A DNA stretch of 64,000 nt from NCBI GenBank assembly GCA_040772485.1, contig JAXGYC010000007.1:320001-384000 (forward strand), read 5' to 3'. The notes below the pieces were generated by a model. It saw nothing but the letters and a program-made list of their open reading frames with translations. It searched no databases and had not been told where the DNA came from. Shown piece after piece: positions 56,759-64,000 of the stretch. Both the position numbers and the translations under genes were made by a program. The first letter of the stretch is position 1. Each line of letters starts with the position of its first letter. This stretch comes from Sedimentisphaerales bacterium. GTDB lineage: Bacteria; Planctomycetota; Phycisphaerae; Sedimentisphaerales; Anaerobacaceae.

Positions 56759-59033
56759 AGCTCCGCCGACCGCAAGACGACCGTCCGCGATCGTTGGACT
56801 CGTTCTCCTGGGGCTCTGCCTTTCGCTTCTGGCGTTGCGTGTAACCTATACGGAGGCTCCGACCACGCAGACCGTCACGCTGCCGGAGAGTATGGGTGAC
56901 GCGATCTACAGCCTCACGGTGTCGGGACTGCTGATCTTCGGTCTGGTGTTCTGGCTGTTGTGGCAGGTGTGGTCCGGCCGGCCGATCTACCGCGTCACCG
57001 GCATTGAGATCGGACTGGCGGTCTTTCTTGCCGCCGGGATACTCTCGACCTTCGGCGCCAGCGACAAACGCGTGGCGATCAATCATGTGGTGATGCTCGC
57101 CGCTCCGGTCTTCGCCGCCATCCTCCTGGTCCAGATCCTCGACAGCGCATCCAGAGTCCGCGCCGTGCTGCTGGTCATCGGCGCCCTTGGCGTCGTCACT
57201 GTGTATCAATGCGCCGAACAGTTCCTCGTAAGCAACGAAATCACGGTCGAGCAGTATGAGAAAGACCCCGAAATCCTGCTGCGTCCGCTCGGCATCGAAC
57301 CGGGGACCTTTCAGCAGTTCCTCTTCGAGCACCGTCTGTACTCGCGAGGCATCCGCGGGTTCTTCACAACCAGCAACTCGGCCGCTTCGTTCCTGCTGCT
57401 GGCGTCGTTTGCCGCGCTGGCCCTGTTGCTCCAACATACCCCGGCAAACACAGAAGACAGGACTCGGCTGCGCCGGCGCTACTACGCACCGATCGCGGCG
57501 ATGATCGTTCTGGCAGGACTGCTGATGACCAAGAGCAAGGGCGGTATTCTGGCGTTCTGCATCGCGGCAGGTCTCTTCGGCGTCTTCCTGCTCCTGCGCA
57601 GGCGGCTCGCCGCCCATCCCAGGCTGGCGTGGGTCGCCGGCGTCGCGCTGCTTCTGGTCGCCTCGCTGGCAGTCGGCGGTGCGGCGGTCTCCTACGGCCT
57701 CCGGCACGACAGACTACCCGGCGGCAATTCCATGCTGGTCCGATGGCAATACTGGCGCGCTTCGGTGCAGATGTACGGCGACCACGCGCTGGCCGGCGTC
57801 GGGCCCGGCAACTTCGCGCAGAACTACACCCGGTACAAGCCGGCCTCGGCGCCGGAGTCGGTATCCGATCCGCACTGCTTTCCGCTGAGTGTGCTGACCC
57901 AGTACGGCCCGCTCGGCCTGCTGGGTTTTTTGGCCATGTTCCTCATCCCGATCTATCGAGGCACGTCGCGTCCCACTGAGCCCCTGTCGCTATGTGTCGG
58001 CGACGAATCCGGCCCAAGACGCTTGGCCGTAGCCGTACTGCTGACCGTCTCTGCGGCATTGCTGCTACTGCGATCGCTGCTGATTCCCGGCACGTCCGAG
58101 GGCGACTTCGAGGTCGTCCTCTATGAAGTCACTGTGCTGTACATCGCCCCTGTGGCGGCGTTCCTGATCGGCTTCCTGCTCCTGGCGGCCGCACTGGAAA
58201 ACAAGCCTGTGAAGGCCGATGTTGCGCACCGAACGGCGCTCCTCGCCGCACTGGGCTGCGCGGTGGCAGGCGTTCTCCTGCACAACCTGATCGACTTTGC
58301 GATCTTCGAGCCCGGGGTCTGGACCGCGCTGTGGACCCTCATGGCCTGCCTTGTCGCAATCAGCCGTCCCATGCAGGTCCCTGCCTCCCTAGGCGTATCC
58401 CATCCCAAACCGCTCAAGCTGGTTGCGTCCTTCGTTGCCCTGCTGTTGCTGGGAGCGTACGTTCAGTTCGTTTGGCGACCGGTCTACGAATCGACTGCAG
58501 GGCTGCAACAAGGCCGGCAGGCCGCGTCCATCGGACGATTCGACCGGGCCCATGCCCTTCTCGACACGGCCTCAGCGGCCGATGCGCTGTCGCCGGCAGC
58601 CGCCTACCTCAACGGCCGACTGTACCTTCAGGAGGCCGAACGCGCCTCCGCCGGTGGCACTTCGCTGCTGGAGAAGGCTGCACAATGCCTTCGCACAGCC
58701 ATCGACCGAGATCCGGCCGACTACAAGAACTATGAAAAAGCAGGCGATATCGCCAGCCTCATGGGAAAGCCCGAGGACGCGTACGGATGGTATGCGGAGG
58801 CGGCGGCAAGGTATCCCGGTTCCGGCCGCCTGCAATTACGCCTCGCTCAGGCTGCCGAACAACAGGGAGACATGGATGCGGCCTTGCGACACTACCGCCA
58901 CGCCATCGAAATTGAGGATGCCTTCCAGCGGCAATTCAGGCAGATGTATCCCGCGAGAGAACAACCGGTCAGTCGCCTGGGCTGGCAGAACTACGAACTG
59001 GCCAAACGGCGCATTGCCGAACTGGCCAACTGA
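56739..59033 (+). CDS. O-antigen ligase (Wzy_C)-family membrane protein with C-terminal TPRs
   Basis: Many TM helices; TKSKGG, RWQYW, GVGPGNF and PH...GPLGL; TPR-like C-terminus. Confidence 0.82.
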   Translation: MGRTSTKAPPTARRPSAIVGLVLLGLCLSLLALRVTYTEAPTTQTVTLPESMGDAIYSLTVSGLLIFGLVFWLLWQVWSGRPIYRVTGIEIGLAVFLAAGILSTFGASDKRVAINHVVMLAAPVFAAILLVQILDSASRVRAVLLVIGALGVVTVYQCAEQFLVSNEITVEQYEKDPEILLRPLGIEPGTFQQFLFEHRLYSRGIRGFFTTSNSAASFLLLASFAALALLLQHTPANTEDRTRLRRRYYAPIAAMIVLAGLLMTKSKGGILAFCIAAGLFGVFLLLRRRLAAHPRLAWVAGVALLLVASLAVGGAAVSYGLRHDRLPGGNSMLVRWQYWRASVQMYGDHALAGVGPGNFAQNYTRYKPASAPESVSDPHCFPLSVLTQYGPLGLLGFLAMFLIPIYRGTSRPTEPLSLCVGDESGPRRLAVAVLLTVSAALLLLRSLLIPGTSEGDFEVVLYEVTVLYIAPVAAFLIGFLLLAAALENKPVKADVAHRTALLAALGCAVAGVLLHNLIDFAIFEPGVWTALWTLMACLVAISRPMQVPASLGVSHPKPLKLVASFVALLLLGAYVQFVWRPVYESTAGLQQGRQAASIGRFDRAHALLDTASAADALSPAAAYLNGRLYLQEAERASAGGTSLLEKAAQCLRTAIDRDPADYKNYEKAGDIASLMGKPEDAYGWYAEAAARYPGSGRLQLRLAQAAEQQGDMDAALRHYRHAIEIEDAFQRQFRQMYPAREQPVSRLGWQNYELAKRRIAELAN

Positions 59034-59054
59034 CCTGCCGTGTCGGCCTTGCCT

Positions 59055-59804
59055 CTACGAAACCTTTGCCATGACTTCGTCGGGGATGTCGAAATTCGCG
59101 TAGGCGTTCTGAACATCGTCGTGGTCGTCGAACGCTTCCATCAGCGAGACGATCTTCCTGGCCACCGTTTCGCTGTCGATCCCCACGGTATTCTGCGGCA
59201 CCATCGAGATCTCCGCCACTTCGATCGGGATGCTCTTGGCCTCCAGGGCCTTCTTCAGAGGTTCAAAGCCGCTCGGGTCGCAGGTGATTTCAAAAACTTC
59301 GCCGGTGTTCTGCATGTCGTCGGCCCCGGCCCCCAGAGCCAGCTCCAGCAAATCGTCCTCGTTGGTGGTGGAGGTAGCGACCGTAATGAGCCCCTTCTTT
59401 CCGAACATCCAGTTGACGCACCCGGTCGTGCCGAGCGATCCGCCGTGCTTCTCGAAGATCCTTTTGATCTCCGGACCGGTGCGGCTGCGGTTGTCCGTCA
59501 GGGCCTCAACCATGATCGCCACGCCGCTCGGTCCATAGCCCTCATACAGAACTTCTTCGTAGTGCACGCCTCCGAGATCGCCCGTGCCTTTCTTGATGGC
59601 CTTCTCGATCGTGTCCTTCGGCATATTGACGGACTTGGCCTTGTCGATCGCGTAGCGCAGTGTCAGATTGGCCGCCGGGTCCCCGCCGCCGTTCTTGGCC
59701 GCGACGATAATCATCCGCGCCACCTTGCTCCACACCTTGCCGCGTTTGGCGTCGTTCGCAGCCTTCTTGTGTTTGATCCCCGCCCAGTGTGAATGACCTG
59801 ACAT
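59055..59804 (-). CDS. yebC: YebC/PmpR-family protein
   Basis: MSGHSHWAGIKHKK, YEGYGPSGVA, TDNRSRT and DDVQNAYAN. Confidence 0.95.
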   Translation of the reverse strand: MSGHSHWAGIKHKKAANDAKRGKVWSKVARMIIVAAKNGGGDPAANLTLRYAIDKAKSVNMPKDTIEKAIKKGTGDLGGVHYEEVLYEGYGPSGVAIMVEALTDNRSRTGPEIKRIFEKHGGSLGTTGCVNWMFGKKGLITVATSTTNEDDLLELALGAGADDMQNTGEVFEITCDPSGFEPLKKALEAKSIPIEVAEISMVPQNTVGIDSETVARKIVSLMEAFDDHDDVQNAYANFDIPDEVMAKVS

Positions 59805-60044
59805 ACGGACTCCTCAACAACCCGAAACCGGTTCCATCTCGATCACAAGCTCATCCAAGCCCTGTATTATAATTCTCGGGCAGGCGCTTCATAGCGATTT
59901 TTCCAAAAACCCGCGCGTTTTCCGCGAGATCCGGGGCCTCGACCGAGACCCAGACGCCGGCATGCCATCTTGCACGAGCAACGGTCCGACGCTACCATGG
60001 CGCCGCTGTTGTCGGCCATCCCGAAACGCACTGGAGCAGACACC

Positions 60045-60821
60045 ATGAGCTTTCGATCCAACACGGTAGCCCGCCATCGACACACGTTCTCTCTTCTGGC
60101 CCTGTTTGCCATCGTCGCGCTGTCGGGCTGCGCCGGCCGGCCGCAGAACTCGCAGGGAGGTTGGGAGCCGCTCTTCAACGGAACCGACCTGACCGGCTGG
60201 GCCGTCAAGTGCAAGCCTGCCGACCGCGATTGCGAGTTCTGGAAGGTCGATGATGGGACCATCCTGGCGGACTCCATGGGCCATGAGGGCCATGACTACG
60301 TCTGGCTGGTCACGGATCAGGAGTATGCGGACTTTGTCCTGCGCCTGCGCTTTCAGGCGTATCGCGACAGTCCGGGCAACAGCGGCCTCCAGATTCGCAG
60401 CCGCTACGACGACGAGGCGGGATGGCTGGACGGCCCCCAGATCGACATCCACCCCCCTGAGCCCTGGCGGACGGGGATGATGTGGGACGAGACCCGAGGC
60501 GTGGGACGCTGGCTCTATCCCGACGTTCCCCAAGGGCAATGGGTCAATCAGGCGATGGCAAACCCCGACTTGGTATTCTACTACGCTGATGAAGGCCCCG
60601 GCTGGAACACCTTTGAGATCGCGGCGGTCGGCACGCGAATCACCGCCTGGCTCAACGGCATTCCTGTCGCGGACTACGACGGCTCCGGCGTGCTGGATGA
60701 CGCCGCACACCAGGCACACGATGTGGGTCTGGAGGGCCATATCGCTCTTCAGATCCACAGGGCCGACCAGCTCCGGATGCGATTCCAGGACATCACTATC
60801 AGGCAGGCGCACGCGCCATAA
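60045..60821 (+). CDS. DUF1080 / 3-keto-disaccharide hydrolase lipoprotein
   Basis: Lipobox LSGC; WEPLFNGTDLTGW, WKVDDGTI, NSGLQIRS, WN and GHIALQIH. Confidence 0.88.
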   Translation: MSFRSNTVARHRHTFSLLALFAIVALSGCAGRPQNSQGGWEPLFNGTDLTGWAVKCKPADRDCEFWKVDDGTILADSMGHEGHDYVWLVTDQEYADFVLRLRFQAYRDSPGNSGLQIRSRYDDEAGWLDGPQIDIHPPEPWRTGMMWDETRGVGRWLYPDVPQGQWVNQAMANPDLVFYYADEGPGWNTFEIAAVGTRITAWLNGIPVADYDGSGVLDDAAHQAHDVGLEGHIALQIHRADQLRMRFQDITIRQAHAP

Positions 60822-60938
60822 TTGTTGGCCAACGCGCCAACCACCCGCTCGGCCGTCCCATAACCCGGCACGCATACCCCAGCCGGCCTCCGGACATGGA
60901 GCAGACGCATCCATGGTGCCGATTTCGGAGTTTTTTTC

Positions 60939-60967
60939 TTGACGCTGGTTTAACGATTCCCTAACCT
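60939..60967 (+). promoter_or_regulatory. Probable sigma70 promoter for the 6S-rny-ymdB region
   Basis: TTGACG - 17 bp - TAACCT, preceded by a T-tract. Confidence 0.5.
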
Positions 60968-61063
60968 GGACGATCATATAGGCAACTGTGGACGAATGAG
61001 CTTGTGGACCGCCCTGGAGTCATTTCAGCGGCAATTGGGTTTCGCTGCATAGGGTGGGAGCAG

Positions 61064-61236
61064 GCGGAGACGAGCATCGGGAGTTCGTCTCGAATGGTGG
61101 TTTAAGTTGCAGAGACACACGTGAACCGACGTGTTCCGGTCGAGATCCACTCGGTCTGATCGGGAGCAAACACGACGGCCAAGTGTGAATATCCAGTGAA
61201 ACGAAATCGACTCGCATCAGTCAATCGCGTCTCCGC
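61064..61236 (+). ncRNA. ssrS: 6S RNA (probable)
   Basis: About 173-nt rod: GCGGAGACG/CGTCTCCGC closing stem, inner CACAC/GTGTG and CGTGTT/AACACG stems, central bubble, TGAACC and GGGAGC motifs. It sits upstream of rny, a known 6S context. Confidence 0.7.
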
Positions 61237-61469
61237 GAGGGAGTGAGAGATTTGAGGACAGCATCAGCGAAGACCCCTTTCTTGCGGTGTCTGCAACGCC
61301 TCAGAGGGCGCGACCTGCAAGCGGTCTGGGTCCTGTCACGCTGATCGCCCCGTTCGTGGGTAAGGTTTCGCACCTCACTGTCGTTTCTTTGGAGCTTCCC
61401 TGCCACCTGCCTGCACAGCGTCCGCAGTGAATGTTATCCGTCAACACTGTGTGTGGAAAGGTAGGAAAC

Positions 61470-63053
61470 ATGGACGCCATTTTGATGCAGGTGCTCACGC
61501 TCCAGGCCGGGATTGGCACGCTCGTAGGGTTTGCACTCGGCGTCTGCTTCTGGGCCATCATCCAGCAGATTGTCGCCAAGGCGCGGGCGAGGCAGAGAGC
61601 TGAGGACGTTCAGAGGCAGATCGATGGGGCGAACCGGGAAGCGGAGAACATCATCAAGTCCGCCCAGATCGAGGCGGCTGCGGAAGCCATCAAGAAGAAA
61701 GAGCAATTCACCGCCGAGGCCAACCAGATCCGGGGCGAACTGCGGGAAAACGAGATGCGGCTCTCCAAACGCGAGGACGCGCTGGATCGCCAGACCGAAC
61801 TGCTACAGAAGCAGGAGGCCGCCCTCAAAAAGCAGGAACAGGACGTCGAGCGAAGGCTGCGGAACACCGATCTGAAGGACAAGCAGCTTTCCGTGTTGAT
61901 CGCCCAGCAGAAGAACCAGTTGCTCAAGATCACCGCCATGGACGTCGAAGAGGCCCGCCAGCTCCTGCTCAAGCGTCTGGAGGACGAGTGCGAGCACGAG
62001 ATGTCTTCGCTGATCCAGCGCAAGGTCGAAGAGGCCCAGGAGATCGCGGACAGCAAGAGCCGTGAAGTGCTGAGCACCGCGATCCAGCGGTACGCCGCCG
62101 AGCAGACCTGCGAGGTAACGGTATCGACGGTGGACATCCCGAACGACGACATGAAGGGCCGGATTATCGGCCGCGAAGGCCGCAATATCCGTGCTTTCGA
62201 GAAGGCCACGGGCGTCGATGTGATCGTCGACGACACACCGGGCATGGTCGTCGTCAGCGGGTTCAACCCGGTTCGGCGTGAGGTTGCCCGGCTGTCCATG
62301 GAACGGTTGATCCAGGACGGGCGCATTCACCCATCCCGCATCGAAGAACTGGTGGCCCAGACCCGCAACGACGTCAACGCCAAGGTGCTCCAGCTCGGCA
62401 AAGACGCCGCGGTTGAAACCAACGTCCGGGGCCTGCCCAACAAGATCATCAGTCTCCTGGGGGCCTTGGCCTATCGAACCAGCTACGGCCAGAACGTGCT
62501 TCGCCACAGCGTTGAAGTCGCCTTTCTCAGTCAGGTGATGGCCGATGAGCTGGGCCTGGACGGCTCCGTCGCCCGGCGGGCCGGCTTGCTCCACGACATC
62601 GGCAAGGCGATCGATCACGACGTCGAAGGAAGCCATCCCGAGATCGGGACCAACTACCTCAAGCGATTCAACGAGTCCCCGATCGTGCTCAACGCCGTGG
62701 CGGGCCACCACGGGGACGTTCCGCCTGACAACCCCTACACCCCTCTCGTGGCGGCCGCCGACGCAATCAGCGCCTCGCGGCCCGGCGCCCGACGGGAAAC
62801 ACTGGAACGCTATATCAAGCGGCTGGAGAAGCTCGAGGAGATCGCCACCGGCTTCAAGGGTGTCGAGACCGCCTACGCGATTCAGGCCGGACGGGAGATT
62901 CGTGTCATTGCCAATGCCAACGAGGTGGACGACGAAGCCGCGATGAAGGTCGCACGCGACATCGCCAAGAAGGTCGAGGACGAGATGACCTATCCCGGCG
63001 AGATCCAGATCACCCTGCTGCGCGAGGTCCGCTGCATCGAATACGCCAGGTAA
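61470..63053 (+). CDS. rny: Ribonuclease Y
   Basis: N-terminal TM, coiled coil, KH domain (KGRIIGREGRNIR), HD domain (RTSYGQNVLRHS, LLHDIGK) and SASRPGAR. Confidence 0.97.
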   Translation: MDAILMQVLTLQAGIGTLVGFALGVCFWAIIQQIVAKARARQRAEDVQRQIDGANREAENIIKSAQIEAAAEAIKKKEQFTAEANQIRGELRENEMRLSKREDALDRQTELLQKQEAALKKQEQDVERRLRNTDLKDKQLSVLIAQQKNQLLKITAMDVEEARQLLLKRLEDECEHEMSSLIQRKVEEAQEIADSKSREVLSTAIQRYAAEQTCEVTVSTVDIPNDDMKGRIIGREGRNIRAFEKATGVDVIVDDTPGMVVVSGFNPVRREVARLSMERLIQDGRIHPSRIEELVAQTRNDVNAKVLQLGKDAAVETNVRGLPNKIISLLGALAYRTSYGQNVLRHSVEVAFLSQVMADELGLDGSVARRAGLLHDIGKAIDHDVEGSHPEIGTNYLKRFNESPIVLNAVAGHHGDVPPDNPYTPLVAAADAISASRPGARRETLERYIKRLEKLEEIATGFKGVETAYAIQAGREIRVIANANEVDDEAAMKVARDIAKKVEDEMTYPGEIQITLLREVRCIEYAR

Positions 63054-63098
63054 GCCGCGATACGGGGCGCGCCCGCGTCCGCTTGTCGAAAGGAAGCC

Positions 63099-63947
63099 AT
63101 GAGGCTGAACGTACTGTGCATCGGTGATATCGTGGGGCGACCGGGCCGACGGATTCTGGCGGACAAACTGAAGGCCTTTGTCCGCGAGCAGTCCATCGAC
63201 TGCGTCGTCGCCAATGCCGAGAATGCCGCCGGCGGGTCGGGACTGACGCCGCAGATCTACGACAAGCTGCTGCGTTACGGCGTCAACCTGATCACCCTGG
63301 GCGACCACGCCTTTCGCAAGCATGACATCATTGAGACTCTCGAACGGAACGACAACATCTGCCGGCCGGCGAACTTCTCCGAACATGCCGCCGGTCGAGG
63401 CATGGCATTGTATAAGACGGGCAAAGGACCTGTCGTGGGCGTTCTGACGCTGATCGGCAGGTTGTTCATGAAACCCGCGGACTGCCCCTACACGGCGGCG
63501 GACAGATGGATTCCGAAACTCCAGAAGGAGGCGGACATTCTGGTGGTGGACTTTCACGCCGAGGCTACCAGTGAGAAAATCGCGATGGGCTACCATCTCG
63601 ATGGTCGAGTGAGCTGCTGTTTCGGAACGCATACGCACGTGGTGACCGCCGACGAGCAGATTCTGCGCAAAGGCACGGCGTACATCAGCGATATTGGGAT
63701 GACCGGCGCACATGACTCGGTGCTGGGACGCAAGAGCGACTGCGTTCTGAAGTCCTTCCGGACCCAGATGCCGGTGCCATTCGAGATTGCCACGGGTGAT
63801 GTTCGGATCAACGGGGTCGTCGTCACGATCGACAGCAATACGCGTCAGGCCGAACGCATTGAACGCATCCGCATCGATGCCGACACCGAGGACGATGCAC
63901 GCTACGACAGCGACGACGGCCGGCCGGAATACTACAACAACTTCTGA
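63099..63947 (+). CDS. ymdB: YmdB/TIGR00282-family metallophosphoesterase
   Basis: GDIVGRPGR, NAENAAGG, DFHAEATSEK, GTHTHV and DIGMTG; follows rny. Confidence 0.93.
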   Translation: MRLNVLCIGDIVGRPGRRILADKLKAFVREQSIDCVVANAENAAGGSGLTPQIYDKLLRYGVNLITLGDHAFRKHDIIETLERNDNICRPANFSEHAAGRGMALYKTGKGPVVGVLTLIGRLFMKPADCPYTAADRWIPKLQKEADILVVDFHAEATSEKIAMGYHLDGRVSCCFGTHTHVVTADEQILRKGTAYISDIGMTGAHDSVLGRKSDCVLKSFRTQMPVPFEIATGDVRINGVVVTIDSNTRQAERIERIRIDADTEDDARYDSDDGRPEYYNNF

Positions 63948-64000
63948 TCGCCCGAGCAAGCCGCTGCCACTGCTCAGCGGTCCTCTTGTTTCGCCTCCCC

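Overview
High-GC bacterial chromosomal window. The gene content (dockerin-like/lamin-tail/CotH secreted proteins, GLUG and beta-helix surface proteins, Tat-exported Gfo/Idh/MocA oxidoreductases, DUF1080, xseAB, proS, 6S-rny-ymdB) suggests a planctomycete, probably Phycisphaerae-like; this is inferred, not proven. The first ~2.8 kb is visibly more AT-rich and looks like the end of an accessory island. It holds the C-terminus of a clamp-loader-type AAA+ protein, a structured intergenic region ending in a terminator, a cold-shock gene and a co-oriented two-gene cassette. That cassette is a small protein with 11 tandem GPGGG(L/M)Y(V) octapeptides followed by a TIGR02391-like protein with a HEPN-like RNxxxH motif, and it is the best candidate for an undescribed (possibly anti-phage) system. 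The backbone carries a 7-8 gene putative amino-sugar/polyol catabolic operon with an atypical xylose-isomerase-family enzyme, fhs-folD, tRNA-Leu(TAG) with a structured leader into an NCS2 permease, a non-RD Ser/Thr kinase with four zinc ribbons plus a PP2C phosphatase next to a YhaM-like HD nuclease, and several families of small intergenic palindromes. Two GTAG-type REPs supply the stop codons of adjacent genes. No CRISPR array, integrase or transposase is visible. All product calls come from motif recognition by eye; no database search was run.
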